DNA of 64,000 nucleotides. Source: an uncultured Alphaproteobacteria bacterium. GTDB taxonomy: Bacteria > Pseudomonadota > Alphaproteobacteria > Rs-D84. Shown one piece after another: positions 29,535-40,512 of this stretch. The DNA is taken from positions 1-64,000 of the forward strand of contig CAMRSV010000004.1 in assembly GCA_947053455.1 (NCBI GenBank), given 5' to 3'. Position 1 is the first letter of the stretch. Every line of letters starts with the position of its first letter. The notes beneath the pieces were generated by a model. It did no database searches. It was not told the origin of the DNA and saw only the letters and a program-made list of their open reading frames with translations. The translations under genes and the position numbers were made by a program.

Positions 29535-31133
29535 TTATATTTGATGCTGTGGCGCGATGGCAAAGATTTCTTCCATATTGTGCACCTCTTTGCCGGATAA
29601 AATATTGTTCACTTTTTCGGGATGCATATATGCCAGATTCAGATAGCGATACAAACTGCGCCATGATGTCTGTTCGGATTTTACAACGTACTCCAAATCG
29701 CCTTGCTTTTCATACGCCATTCGATAACGCCAGGCAGTCGCGAACGCCCGCACAATCATATTGTGATTATCGGTCCGCGTCATCAGGCCCGCGCGTCCCG
29801 CGCTGTACTTATTGCTGCCCGTCCATTTATTCAGCACCACCGGCCGCACTAAAATCAACTCATCGTCATTACGCATAAAATCGATTTTATTGTTTTGGGT
29901 GTTGATAAAATCGGGCCGCATAAATGCCCGCAGGCTATCCGCATCTGTATTGATGAAAAATGTTATTCGCCCCGGTGCATAAATTGCCCGCCGGATTAGT
30001 GTTTGAACCAGGCACCGCCGCGCCATGTAATCCAGGCCACCATAATCAATTTGTTTTAATGTATGTGCCAAAGCGTCGGGCAGGGCACTTAAATCAGAAT
30101 TCAGAAATTCAACAATCGTATCGGTGGCCAATTTATCAACATCCCGCGCGGGTAAATATTCGCCCGCCCCGGCATAGTAATAAAGTGTTGGGCGATGCGC
30201 GCGCACGGTGCTTTGATTGGTAAACCGTGTGCCGTCTGCATTATATAGCCGCCCGGATAATAAATTGGGCGACCCATTTGTTCGCCCCGATTTATGATTT
30301 GCATTGTTCTCTAATTCCGCCTGCACGGCATCAAATAATTCCTGGGTTATGATTGGGGCATGTTCGCCGCGGGCAATTGTTCCGGTAACCTTACATTCAA
30401 CATAGCCCAGATATATTTTACTGCGCAGCATTCTGTGTAGCGCCATTTTCTTGATTGGATTCCCGCCGATAACGCGCCCACCATGGGTGGTCCATTTCTT
30501 GGCATAGATTCCAATGGTCGGTAAATGCCGGGTCAAATCCTGAACTGATTTCATTTGCAGGTATAATTCAAATATATTCTGAATTTGCGCGGCCTCGGTC
30601 GGGTTGATAACCAACTTTTTATCAATAATGTCGTATCCCAACGGCGGACAACCGCCAATCCACATTCCTTTGGCTTTACTGGCACGCAGTTTGTCGCGCA
30701 CGCGTTCACTTGATACTTCACGTTCAAACTGGGCAAAGGATAGCAGCATATTCAGCGTTAATTTGCCCATTGATGTTGACGTGTCAAACGATTGGGTAAT
30801 GGACACAAAGTTCGCATTATGCTTATCAAAATATCGCATCATATTGTGGAAATCCAAAATGGAACGCGATAGTCTATCAACCTTGTACACCACGACGGTA
30901 TTGACCAATCCATGCGCCATATCGTCCAGCATTTGTTTCAGCGCCGGTCGTTCCATCGTGCCACCCGATATACCACCATCGGCATAAGTCTTATAATATT
31001 CCCAATCGTTAAAGGCTTGTGATGCGATGTATGCCCGACACGCCTGTTCTTGATTGTCCAGGCTGTTAAACTCTTGTTCCAACCCATGCTCGGTGGATTT
31101 GCGGACATATACGGCACATTTAATCTTTGGCAT
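29535..31133 (-). CDS. Large serine recombinase (integrase)
   Basis: CAVYVRKS catalytic Ser, DGGISGGTMERPAL, VYKVDRLSRS, FAQFERE, recombinase domain. Confidence 0.93.
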   Translation of the reverse strand: MPKIKCAVYVRKSTEHGLEQEFNSLDNQEQACRAYIASQAFNDWEYYKTYADGGISGGTMERPALKQMLDDMAHGLVNTVVVYKVDRLSRSILDFHNMMRYFDKHNANFVSITQSFDTSTSMGKLTLNMLLSFAQFEREVSSERVRDKLRASKAKGMWIGGCPPLGYDIIDKKLVINPTEAAQIQNIFELYLQMKSVQDLTRHLPTIGIYAKKWTTHGGRVIGGNPIKKMALHRMLRSKIYLGYVECKVTGTIARGEHAPIITQELFDAVQAELENNANHKSGRTNGSPNLLSGRLYNADGTRFTNQSTVRAHRPTLYYYAGAGEYLPARDVDKLATDTIVEFLNSDLSALPDALAHTLKQIDYGGLDYMARRCLVQTLIRRAIYAPGRITFFINTDADSLRAFMRPDFINTQNNKIDFMRNDDELILVRPVVLNKWTGSNKYSAGRAGLMTRTDNHNMIVRAFATAWRYRMAYEKQGDLEYVVKSEQTSWRSLYRYLNLAYMHPEKVNNILSGKEVHNMEEIFAIAPQHQI

Positions 31134-31566
31134 GATTCAGCCTTTTATTAGTTAGTCCAAAGAAGTCATTCCCAGACACTTTGTGCCCGCATATTTCTTT
31201 GGCGATGGCGGACAGGGTGCGGTACGTTTTGTTGTTGTATATGAATTCGCCCCGGTTGCCAACGGTCACTTTGAATTCCAGCCCGCGGAATGTTTTGGTA
31301 ATGGTGGTGCCCGGGTTCAGATGGTATTTGTTTTTATGCACACGGTTCAGGCATTCATCCGGATTGTTCATGTATTTGCGTAGCATTGTGACATGCTTTG
31401 CGGCGATGGTGGCGTGCGCGCGTTCGCATTGGATATAGTACCATAATGCCCGCGCTTGGCGCCGATATGGATACGGGCTATACCGCGCCCACAACAGGGA
31501 TTTTTGTTCAAAATCCATCTTTTCCAGTTCTGTTTTGCTTTCGGGCAACATAAAGAACGCTTTCAT
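31120..31566 (-). CDS. DUF2924-like protein
   Basis: PGTTITKTFRG, YRTLSAIAKEICG..SGNDFFGL; overlaps the recombinase start. Confidence 0.8.
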   Translation of the reverse strand: MKAFFMLPESKTELEKMDFEQKSLLWARYSPYPYRRQARALWYYIQCERAHATIAAKHVTMLRKYMNNPDECLNRVHKNKYHLNPGTTITKTFRGLEFKVTVGNRGEFIYNNKTYRTLSAIAKEICGHKVSGNDFFGLTNKRLNHAKD

Positions 31567-31745
31567 TTATTATCCCTTGATTTCACGTCATTTCGCAGTT
31601 GCGCGGTGGCCTTGGCCAGAATAATCTGCAACGCCCGCACCAGGTACAAAACATCAGAATCCGGAATATTCGCCGGTCGTCCCAGCGGATTGCCCGACAC
31701 CCCGGGCCGAAACCGCATTTTCTTTGGTGGATTTTTATAAGGCAT
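31563..31745 (-). CDS. Short DUF5681-like protein
   Basis: YKNPPKKMRFRPGVSGNPLGRP; AGGAG RBS before ATG 31745. Confidence 0.6.
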   Translation of the reverse strand: MPYKNPPKKMRFRPGVSGNPLGRPANIPDSDVLYLVRALQIILAKATAQLRNDVKSRDNK

Positions 31746-31799
31746 AACTTCACTCCTATGGTCGTGCAATGAATGCTTACAAGAGGACAGAAGTCAAGT
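31741..31799 (-). promoter_or_regulatory. Promoter/RBS cassette, copy 1 (copy 2 at 40508-40568)
   Basis: Minus strand ACTTGACTT...TTGTAAGCA...ATTGCAC...AGGAGT...TTATGCC in both copies. Confidence 0.7.
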
Positions 31800-31896
31800 C
31801 TTATAGTGTGCTTTTGCGTATAAGGGTAAAATCCCATATTTATAGACATTTTTATTGGTTTTTGTTATAATAACCAAGAAAAACAAAGGATATATT

Positions 31897-33447
31897 ATGG
31901 CACGTGAACAAGAACGGGCAGAATTGCATAAAACAATATGGCGAATTGCCAACGAACTGCGCGGCAGTGTTGATGGTTGGGATTTTAAGCAATATGTGCT
32001 GGGGTTATTGTTTTACCGGTTTATAAGTCAAAATTTGACTCAGTTTATCAATAATCAGGAACGTAAAGTTGATCCTGGCTTTGATTATGCGAATATCTCG
32101 GATGAAATGGCGGAACGTGCGCGAGTTTTTGCTATTAAGAGCAAAGGCTTCTTTATCAAACCGTCTGAATTGTTTCAAAATGTATGCAAGCGTGCCAAGA
32201 ATGATGCGTATTTGAATGAAACATTGGCGTCAATTTTTAGAAATATCGAAGGCTCGGCAATCGGTGCCGACAGTGAATCCGACTTAAAGGGATTGTTTCA
32301 AGATTTAGATGTAAATAGTAATAAATTGGGTGCGACGGTTATCGAACGCAATAAAAAGCTGGTTAATTTGTTGGAGGCGATTGCTGATCTGCAAATGGGC
32401 GAGGTTTCGGATAATAACATAGATGCGTTTGGGGATGCGTACGAATATTTGATGAATATGTACGCCTCTAATGCGGGCAAATCTGGTGGTGAATTCTTTA
32501 CACCCCAAGAGGTTTCAGAACTGTTGGCGAAAATCGTAACCGTTGGCAAAACGGAAGTGAACAAGGTTTATGACCCGGCGTGTGGTTCAGGCTCGCTGTT
32601 GCTGAAATTTGCAAAAATTTTGGGTAAAGATAATGTCAGAATTGGATTCTTTGGTCAGGAAATAAATATCACAACATATAACCTGTGCCGTATCAATATG
32701 TTTTTGCATGACATTAATTATAATAAATTTGATATCGCGTTGGGTGATACGCTATTAAGTCCACAGCATGGTAATGAGGAACCTTTTGATGCGATTGTGT
32801 CAAATCCGCCATATTCTGTTCGGTGGACAGGGGATGATGATGCGACATTGATAAACGATCCCAGATTTTCACCGGCGGGCGTTCTGGCGCCAAAGTCCAA
32901 GGCGGATTTAGCATTTACAATGCATATATTGTCGTGGTTGTCGACGTCTGGTACGGCTGCAATTGTTGAATTCCCGGGCGTTTTATATCGTGGTGGCGCG
33001 GAACAAAAAATACGTAAATACTTGATTGATAATAACTATGTTGATTGTGTTATTCAGCTGCCCCAGAATCTGTTCTTTGGTGTATCTATCGCCACATGTA
33101 TTATTGTATTAAAAAAGAGTAAAACAGAAAACAAGACATTGTTTATAGATGCATCTGAACAGTTTGTTCATTCTGGTAATAAAAATAAATTGGATGATAG
33201 CAATATTGCAAAAATATTGACTGCATACAAAGACCGTGCAGATTTGCAGCATTTCTGTCGTTTAGTACCGAATTCGGAAATTGCAGAGAACGATTACAAC
33301 CTGTCCGTATCTTCCTATATAGAATCTAAGAATACAGATGAAGTAATTGATATTAAGCAGTTAAATGCCGAAATTGCAGAAATCGTAAAAAAGCAATCAG
33401 AATTGCGTTCACAAATTGATGCGATCGTAAAAGATTTGGAAGGTTAA
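31897..33447 (+). CDS. hsdM: Type I RM methyltransferase subunit
   Basis: [38 protein letters not shown]. Confidence 0.96.
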   Translation: MAREQERAELHKTIWRIANELRGSVDGWDFKQYVLGLLFYRFISQNLTQFINNQERKVDPGFDYANISDEMAERARVFAIKSKGFFIKPSELFQNVCKRAKNDAYLNETLASIFRNIEGSAIGADSESDLKGLFQDLDVNSNKLGATVIERNKKLVNLLEAIADLQMGEVSDNNIDAFGDAYEYLMNMYASNAGKSGGEFFTPQEVSELLAKIVTVGKTEVNKVYDPACGSGSLLLKFAKILGKDNVRIGFFGQEINITTYNLCRINMFLHDINYNKFDIALGDTLLSPQHGNEEPFDAIVSNPPYSVRWTGDDDATLINDPRFSPAGVLAPKSKADLAFTMHILSWLSTSGTAAIVEFPGVLYRGGAEQKIRKYLIDNNYVDCVIQLPQNLFFGVSIATCIIVLKKSKTENKTLFIDASEQFVHSGNKNKLDDSNIAKILTAYKDRADLQHFCRLVPNSEIAENDYNLSVSSYIESKNTDEVIDIKQLNAEIAEIVKKQSELRSQIDAIVKDLEG

Positions 33448-33451
33448 TGAT

Positions 33452-34048
33452 ATGACATGGGCGGAAGTTTTGGATTTTATTGTAAAAATAGCGACCATTG
33501 TAATGGGTGGGTCTGCGATTTTAGTGCCGATTTTAACATATCGCTGGCAAAAGCGTGATAGTAAGCGCGATGAACGTATTAGAAAGTGGACAGCGGAATA
33601 TCCACATAAATTGAAATTATTTACTGATTTTTACGATGTATTATTTAGATTTGTAGATTATACGGGTTCTGTTCGTCAAAGAACAATGAGAAATGGTGGC
33701 GATAGAATGGATATGCAAATACATGTAAGTGATTTGTTGGATTTTGAATTACAAATCAATCGGATAGATGAGGGGTGTAAGATTCTGTTTTCAAAAGATG
33801 TGCAAACACAAGTGCACGAAGTATATGTTAGAATTCATGAATTTATAAATCGGCCAATAAGAAGAAATGGCGAATCTATGAAAGAATTGGCGGAGTTTTT
33901 GGAGAATTCAAGATTGACAGAAGAGTATAACCAAATGAAAACAAATTTATATAGTATTCAAGAAGAAATTAAGAACCAAAAAATTGCGCCGGATCTTAGA
34001 AATTTATTTATACAAGAACTAGAATTGACCGGGGGTGGACATGAGTAA
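33452..34048 (+). CDS. Hypothetical protein with N-terminal TM, inside the hsd operon
   Basis: Tightly packed ORF between hsdM and hsdS. Confidence 0.7.
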   Translation: MTWAEVLDFIVKIATIVMGGSAILVPILTYRWQKRDSKRDERIRKWTAEYPHKLKLFTDFYDVLFRFVDYTGSVRQRTMRNGGDRMDMQIHVSDLLDFELQINRIDEGCKILFSKDVQTQVHEVYVRIHEFINRPIRRNGESMKELAEFLENSRLTEEYNQMKTNLYSIQEEIKNQKIAPDLRNLFIQELELTGGGHE

Positions 34049-34655
34049 AATTAATGATTTGATTGCAAAATATTGCCCTGGTGGTGTGGAGTATAAGGAG
34101 CTGGGGGGCGTTGCGGAAATATATACTGGTGAGCAATTTAATAAAAGAGATATGGAAGAAGTTGGGCCGTGTCCTGTAATTAATGGGGGAATATTGCCTT
34201 CAGGTTACTCTGACAAATATAATGAAACTGCAAATACTATAACTGTATCGCAAGGCGGAGCGTCTGCCGGGTATGTTAATTTTATAACAGTGAAGTTTTG
34301 GCTGGGTGCACATTGTTATGCAGTTAAATTAAAAAGTGATATATTAAATAACAAGTTTGTGTTTTATTGCATAAAACAACAGGAAAATAAATTAATGCAA
34401 TCACAGGAAGGAGCTGGAATTCCAAGTTTAAATAGAAAGAAATTAAATTCAATTTTAATCCCTGTACCGCCTCTGGAAGTACAGCAAGAAGTAGTGAATA
34501 TTCTGAACTCTTTCACAGAGCTTGAGGCAGAGCTTGAGGCTAGAAAGAAACAGTACGAACACTATAGGGGGGAGTTATTGTCTTTTGCAAGAAAGTCTGA
34601 AATCCTAGAGAGAGAGAGCAATCTTGGCGAGTTCTTGGAGAAGTTTGCAGAATAA
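34041..34655 (+). CDS. hsdS: HsdS N-terminal half (one TRD), ends after the (AG)6 tract
   Basis: CPGGVEYKELG, IPVPPLEVQQEVVNIL, ELEAELEARKKQYEHYR. Confidence 0.9.
   Translation: MSKINDLIAKYCPGGVEYKELGGVAEIYTGEQFNKRDMEEVGPCPVINGGILPSGYSDKYNETANTITVSQGGASAGYVNFITVKFWLGAHCYAVKLKSDILNNKFVFYCIKQQENKLMQSQEGAGIPSLNRKKLNSILIPVPPLEVQQEVVNILNSFTELEAELEARKKQYEHYRGELLSFARKSEILERESNLGEFLEKFAE
34607..34618 (+). repeat. (AG)6 simple sequence repeat in the hsdS spacer
   Basis: CCT-AGAGAGAGAGAG-CAATC. Confidence 0.9.
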
Positions 34656-35140
34656 TGAATGGGAAAGATTACAAAACTTTTGGTGCGGGCAGTTATCCTG
34701 TTTATGGTACAGGTGGAGCAATGGCTTATATTGATACGTTTGTCCATGATAAACCCTCTGTTCTTATCCCAAGAAAGGGATCAATTGGTGCTTTGTTCTA
34801 CGTAGAAGAACCTTTTTGGACTGTTGATACTATTTATTGGACAGACATAGACACAAAACAAATTGTACCAAAATATCTTTATTATTATCTTTCAACGCAA
34901 AATTTAGCGAAAATGAATACAAGTGTTGGTAGTATACCGAGTTTAACGCAGTCTGTGTTAAAAAAGATACCTATACCGGTACCTTCGTTGGCTGAACAAG
35001 AGCGTATTGTTGCTATTTTGGATAAATTTGATGCGCTGGTTAATGACATTTCGGTTGGGTTACCAGCGGAGATAGATGCGCGACGCAAGCAATATGAATA
35101 TTGGCGGAATAAATTGTTGAATTTTGAAGAGGCAGAATAA
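34655..35140 (+). CDS. hsdS: HsdS C-terminal half (second TRD), out of frame
   Basis: Its frame extends upstream as QSWRVLGEVCRI; IPVPSLAEQERIV, GLPAEIDARRKQYEYWRNKLL. Confidence 0.85.
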   Translation: MNGKDYKTFGAGSYPVYGTGGAMAYIDTFVHDKPSVLIPRKGSIGALFYVEEPFWTVDTIYWTDIDTKQIVPKYLYYYLSTQNLAKMNTSVGSIPSLTQSVLKKIPIPVPSLAEQERIVAILDKFDALVNDISVGLPAEIDARRKQYEYWRNKLLNFEEAE

Positions 35141-36279
35141 TGCTGTGTGGACGATTGCGTAATTTTGTGACTTCAAAAAAGTTTTTTTATGAAGATCCTA
35201 TCGAAAAACAGAATTATAACCATATTTGTGCCATGATGGATCGGGTAGATGACGGTATGAGATATATAAATGCTCATACAGAAGTTCCCAGAACAGATAA
35301 CGAATTGTTGTTGTTTTTGACACATGTGTATATTGTTGTCGATTCTATAAAGATAATTTTTAGAAAATTACGCATTGATGGGTATAATCAAATAGAACGA
35401 GATTTACCAAGACATCTGGCCTGTGTATGTAAACAAGAGCCTTTTAATTTACCAGATGAACAAATAACAACAGATGATACCACTTTTGAATATATTCGCT
35501 CTATAGCATTCGCGCACCCATTGGATACAAATAAGACCTATTTAGTAAAACAAATGCGTGAAGATCATTGCTCACCGTTTGTTGTCACACAAAAAGGATT
35601 TTTGCCGAACGGTTATGTTGGTATTCATGTTTATTCTGATAAATCAGAACATTCATTGACGATTAAAATACCTTATTCGGATTTAAATGCTTATGTAAGG
35701 GAACGTTATAATTTGATTGAGTATATTATACGTGAGTTAGAACGACGTGTTTCGGAAAGAAATAGGGAATGGGCTCAGAGAAAAGTAAGACGTGATAGAA
35801 GTCCAATAGAAATTTTGGAAGATATTTTGAGCATTCAGGAAGAACGCTATATTCATACGTATGAGGTGCGTAGTCTAATATCCATATTAACGTGCCATTG
35901 TACGCTCTCAGAGAACCAAGAATCACTGAATAAAGTGCGTCAGGATATTATTAGTATAATTCCAGCATTGTGTGATGCTGTTGATAATATGGATAACGAA
36001 GAGTTTTTTACATTGGTAGACAGAATTATTGATGTTAGACCAAAACAAACATACGAATCATTCGGTTATCATATGGAAAAAATTTTCGCATACCTTAACA
36101 GTGATGCATATCCGTCAGATAAAAATTGGGGGTTGCAACAGGCTGATGATTTCTCTAAACGATTTGCACAAAAATGGGTTAAAATTGACGTCCATAATAT
36201 GGATTTTGAAGAAATCAAAGTGTTAGTAATGGTTGCGTGTTATTTAGAAGCGCAGGAACAAGAAAGGAAAGCTGTATGA
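35140..36279 (+). CDS. Hypothetical protein between hsdS and hsdR, possible HEPN-like motif
   Basis: Overlapping start/stop at both ends; YIRSIAFAHP. Confidence 0.6.
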   Translation: MLCGRLRNFVTSKKFFYEDPIEKQNYNHICAMMDRVDDGMRYINAHTEVPRTDNELLLFLTHVYIVVDSIKIIFRKLRIDGYNQIERDLPRHLACVCKQEPFNLPDEQITTDDTTFEYIRSIAFAHPLDTNKTYLVKQMREDHCSPFVVTQKGFLPNGYVGIHVYSDKSEHSLTIKIPYSDLNAYVRERYNLIEYIIRELERRVSERNREWAQRKVRRDRSPIEILEDILSIQEERYIHTYEVRSLISILTCHCTLSENQESLNKVRQDIISIIPALCDAVDNMDNEEFFTLVDRIIDVRPKQTYESFGYHMEKIFAYLNSDAYPSDKNWGLQQADDFSKRFAQKWVKIDVHNMDFEEIKVLVMVACYLEAQEQERKAV

Positions 36280-39200
36280 CAAACGTAAATATTATTGCAC
36301 AGAATCCAAATAGTACAGTTGTGGCTGAATATAAGTCAAATGGGGCACGTTCCACGGCCTATCAATCCGAAGCAGCGCTGGAACGTGAATTTATCCGGCA
36401 ATTGCAAGCCCAGGCATATGAATATTTGGATATTCATACCAATTCTGATTTGATAAAGAATCTGCGCAACCAATTGTCTCGCCTGAATAATTATGAATTT
36501 ACAGATTTCGAATGGGACAGATTCTTTGCAGAATGCATCGCCAATAAAAACAGCGGCATTGAAGAAAAAACATTCACCATACAGGAAGATTATAAAAAGT
36601 TATTAACGCGCGACAATGGTATTGTTAAAACCATAGATTTGATTGATAAAGAGAATATTCATAATAACCATTTGCAAGTCATTAACCAATATGAAACAGA
36701 TAGTGGTGTTCACGCTAATCGATATGATGTGACTGTATTGGTTAATGGATTGCCGCTGGTTCATATTGAATTAAAACGTCGTGGTGTAGATATACGCGAG
36801 GCGTTTAATCAAATTAATCGCTATAATCGGGAAAGTTTCTGGGCGGACAGTGGCTTATTTGAATACGTTCAACTATTTGTGATCAGTAATGGTACATTTA
36901 CCAAATATTATAGTAATACAACCCGTAATCAGCATATTAAAGAATCAGCGGCGTTAACGGCTTCTAAAAAAGGCAAAAAGACCAGTAATAGTTTTGAATT
37001 TACATCCTGGTGGGCGGATGCCAGTAATAAGCCTATAACTGATTTGATTGATTTTGCAAAAACATTTTTTGCAAAGCATACTATTCTAAACATCTTAACC
37101 AAGTATTGCGTATTTACATCGGATAAAATGTTGATGGTAATGCGCCCGTATCAAATTGTGGCCGCAGAGCGCATTATAAACAAGATAGAGGTATCGCATA
37201 ATTATAAGCGATACGGCAGTGTAGAGGCCGGTGGATATGTATGGCATACAACAGGATCTGGTAAGACGTTGACCAGTTTCAAGACTGCGCAGTTGGCAAC
37301 AAAATTACCATTTATTAAAAAGGTAATGTTTGTTGTTGATCGCAAGGATTTAGACTATCAAACAATGAAGGAGTACGATAAATTTGAAAAGGGGGCAGCA
37401 AACAGTAATACCAACACTACGGTATTGAAAAAGCAACTGGAAGATCCAAAGGCCAAAATTATCATTACAACAATTCAAAAGTTGGCCAAATTTATCAAAA
37501 AAAACCATGGGCATACCATTTTTGATGATGAGATTGTATGCATATTTGACGAATGTCATAGATCTCAGTTTGGTGATATGCACGATTCTATTACGAAAAG
37601 TTTCAATAAATATTATCTGTTTGGGTTTACCGGAACGCCGATATTTGCAGAAAATGCAATGTCTGGTGGGAATGTGCGTCTGAAAACCACCGAGCAAGCG
37701 TTTGGAGATCAATTACATACTTATACAATTGTTGATGCAATAAACGATAAAAATGTATTGCCGTTCCGTGTTGAATATATATCTACCTTTAGGGAAGAGG
37801 AAAATATCAAAGATGAAAAGGTTTGGAATATTAACCGTGAAAAAGTTTTGATGGATCCAGAACGTATTGAAAAAGTTACAAAATATATTTTGGAGCATTT
37901 TAGCCAAAAGACAAAACGGAATGATAAGGCGTATAATTTTCGTAAGTTATTGAATATTGCAGAGGTTGCATCTGGGAAAAATAAAGTGGATGAAGTTAAA
38001 TCTGGCGTGTCTATGCGCGGATTTAATTCAATTTTCTGTGTGGCTAGTATTGATGCAGCAAAGGCTTATTATAATGAATTTAAGAAACAAATGGCAGATT
38101 TGCCATCAGATAAGTGCTTAAAGATTGCGACCATATACAGTTTCGGGGTTAATGAAGAAGAAGGTGGTGTGGAAGAAAATTCTGAAAGTACAGATGGATT
38201 GGATGCGTCATCACGTGACTTTTTGGACGCGGCAATTAAAGACTATAATTGCATGTTTGGGACAAATTACGATACGTCAGATAAGAAATTCCAGAATTAT
38301 TATAAGGATGTATCACTTCGTATGAAAAACCGAGAGTTGGATTTGCTGATTGTTGTAAATATGTTTTTGACAGGATTTGATGCGACAACGCTGAATACGC
38401 TGTGGGTTGATAAGAATCTGCGCATGCATGGCTTGTTGCAGGCATTCAGCAGAACTAATCGTATATTAAACAGTGTTAAGACATACGGGAACATAGTTTG
38501 TTTTAGAAATTTAGAAGAAGCGACAAACAAAAGTTTGGCATTGTTTGGCGATAAAAATGCTGCTGGAAGTGTATTGCTAAAAACGTTTGCGGAATATTTT
38601 AGCGATGGTTATACCGATAAAAATGGCGAACATGTTCCCAGTTATATGGAATTGGTCAAAGAATTAGAATCCAAATTCCCACTTGGTGAGCAAATTGTTG
38701 GCGAGAAGGCACAGAAAGAGTTTATAAAATTATATGGTGCTATTCTGAGATTGCGGAACATCCTAACTGCTTTCGATGACTTTAAAGGCAAAGATGTTTT
38801 GCCGGAACGTGATTTGCAAGACTATCAAAGTATGTATATTGAATTATACAACGAATTTCGCAAGTATAAAGAAGGGGATAAGACTACTGTAAATGATGAT
38901 ATTGTCTTTGAAATAGAACTTGTTAAACAGGTGGATATTAATATTGATTATATATTGGCTTTGATCAAGAAATACCACGATTCTAACTGTAAAGATAAAG
39001 AATTGCTGGTTTCTATTGGTAAGGCTGTAGATTCTAGTATGGAATTGCGTAACAAAAAAGATTTGATTATGCGGTTTATAGAATCTGTTAATTCCAGATC
39101 TGATGTTGATACAGAATGGGAAAAGTTTGTTGATGAAGCGCGTATTTCTGAGTTAAATCAGATAATTGAATGTGAAAATCTAAACAAATCAGAGACGTAC

Positions 39201-39404
39201 AGATTTATCAAAAATGCGTTCCGGGATGGCGCTGTTCAAACCACTGGTACGGATATTGTGAGATTGTTGCCGCCAACCTCTATATTCAGTGCGGAGAATA
39301 ATATCACAGATAAGTTGCATGTGGTTGTCGATAAAATCACGGCATTCTTTGAACGGTTCTTTAGTATATCAAGTAATAAATTTGAAGAGCGAGATGATAC
39401 GTAA
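36276..39404 (+). CDS. hsdR: Type I RM restriction subunit
   Basis: YDVTVLVNGLPLVHIELK, HTTGSGKT, DECHRSQ, FTGTP, LTGFDA, QAFSRTNR. Confidence 0.96.
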   Translation: MTNVNIIAQNPNSTVVAEYKSNGARSTAYQSEAALEREFIRQLQAQAYEYLDIHTNSDLIKNLRNQLSRLNNYEFTDFEWDRFFAECIANKNSGIEEKTFTIQEDYKKLLTRDNGIVKTIDLIDKENIHNNHLQVINQYETDSGVHANRYDVTVLVNGLPLVHIELKRRGVDIREAFNQINRYNRESFWADSGLFEYVQLFVISNGTFTKYYSNTTRNQHIKESAALTASKKGKKTSNSFEFTSWWADASNKPITDLIDFAKTFFAKHTILNILTKYCVFTSDKMLMVMRPYQIVAAERIINKIEVSHNYKRYGSVEAGGYVWHTTGSGKTLTSFKTAQLATKLPFIKKVMFVVDRKDLDYQTMKEYDKFEKGAANSNTNTTVLKKQLEDPKAKIIITTIQKLAKFIKKNHGHTIFDDEIVCIFDECHRSQFGDMHDSITKSFNKYYLFGFTGTPIFAENAMSGGNVRLKTTEQAFGDQLHTYTIVDAINDKNVLPFRVEYISTFREEENIKDEKVWNINREKVLMDPERIEKVTKYILEHFSQKTKRNDKAYNFRKLLNIAEVASGKNKVDEVKSGVSMRGFNSIFCVASIDAAKAYYNEFKKQMADLPSDKCLKIATIYSFGVNEEEGGVEENSESTDGLDASSRDFLDAAIKDYNCMFGTNYDTSDKKFQNYYKDVSLRMKNRELDLLIVVNMFLTGFDATTLNTLWVDKNLRMHGLLQAFSRTNRILNSVKTYGNIVCFRNLEEATNKSLALFGDKNAAGSVLLKTFAEYFSDGYTDKNGEHVPSYMELVKELESKFPLGEQIVGEKAQKEFIKLYGAILRLRNILTAFDDFKGKDVLPERDLQDYQSMYIELYNEFRKYKEGDKTTVNDDIVFEIELVKQVDINIDYILALIKKYHDSNCKDKELLVSIGKAVDSSMELRNKKDLIMRFIESVNSRSDVDTEWEKFVDEARISELNQIIECENLNKSETYRFIKNAFRDGAVQTTGTDIVRLLPPTSIFSAENNITDKLHVVVDKITAFFERFFSISSNKFEERDDT

Positions 39405-39430
39405 ATATTACTGTGGGAAAAGGGTATAAA

Positions 39431-40213
39431 ATGCAAAACGAACAGATGCTGGAATATATCAGGAACTACTATATTCAAAGTGATGTAGTTGTACCAAGGC
39501 GGGCTTCTGTGCCGGGTTTTAATCTACGAGTATTAAGTAAGCGGCTGCATGATGCCAGGAATGCTTTTTTAGTGCTTATTGATAATAATATGTTTGTTGA
39601 TGCTTGTTTAATTGCTGGGCATATATTAGAGGTTTCGGCAACAATACATTATATCAGATCTGCAGCAGATAAAATGCTGAACTCGCGACGTTATGTAGCA
39701 AAATCTTCAGCAAATGTCATATATGATATGTTGCAGATAGATACGTCAAATTTACAAGACAAACAATATAGAGAACTGTTTCAAGAGTTTTTAGAGTACC
39801 TAAAAGACACAGGGCATTTAATAGTAAAAGCTCCTAAAAAGGCAGATATGCATAAATTTAATGCTGAGATGACTTCTAAACTAAGTTCAATAGATAGAGA
39901 TAATGTTTCAAAAAGAAAGTTAATTAAAGAAAATTATGAAATGCCGATAGTAAATGATTATTTGAATTGTTTCATTAGAGGAATGCAGAAAAAATTGAAA
40001 GAAAATACTAGTGAAGATGCAGCAACATTGGAACAAGCTATAAGATTATTTTATGTGTCGTATTGCAGATTTAAACATGCTAGTGCCTTGATGTATCCTG
40101 GAGTTGTAGAAAACGAACAAGTTGTTATCAAAGAGCCAGGAGCAAATTTAACTATCCCAGCAGTATTTTTAAGTTTGGATATGTTGTCGGATAAACCCGT
40201 ATACCTAAAATAA
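39431..40213 (+). CDS. Hypothetical protein, DUF5677-like
   Basis: Helical A..I...ILE pattern and Y..YCRFKH near the C-terminus. Confidence 0.45.
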   Translation: MQNEQMLEYIRNYYIQSDVVVPRRASVPGFNLRVLSKRLHDARNAFLVLIDNNMFVDACLIAGHILEVSATIHYIRSAADKMLNSRRYVAKSSANVIYDMLQIDTSNLQDKQYRELFQEFLEYLKDTGHLIVKAPKKADMHKFNAEMTSKLSSIDRDNVSKRKLIKENYEMPIVNDYLNCFIRGMQKKLKENTSEDAATLEQAIRLFYVSYCRFKHASALMYPGVVENEQVVIKEPGANLTIPAVFLSLDMLSDKPVYLK

Positions 40214-40308
40214 ACATAATATCATCTTTTGTTTTAATTTGTTGTTTGTCGAGGGGGGGGGCTTTAGGTTATAAAATGTCTGCCACTGGCAAATATGCAG
40301 TGGTCATT

Positions 40309-40512
40309 TTACTCCACGTTAAACCAGTCTTTTATTCGTTCTATTAGATTGTCAGAGCTTGCTTTGGAAATGTAATCGGCAAATAGGGGCAGTTTATCCA
40401 TAATCCCGTGCTGTTTCATGGCGTACAAACACGTGATGATAATAGCGGCTTTATCGTCCCCAAGGTTCAGAACTTTTACCGTAATATCGGGATATTTTGG
40501 TGTTGCTGGCAT
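40309..40512 (-). CDS. Small hypothetical protein
   Basis: AAGGAG RBS within the duplicated promoter cassette; PKYPDITV...WFNVE. Confidence 0.65.
   Translation of the reverse strand: MPATPKYPDITVKVLNLGDDKAAIIITCLYAMKQHGIMDKLPLFADYISKASSDNLIERIKDWFNVE

Noticed and set aside
34567-34572. G6 tract in hsdS as the phase switch
   Set aside because: The conserved YR..LL.F frame continues past it; the break maps to the AG tract
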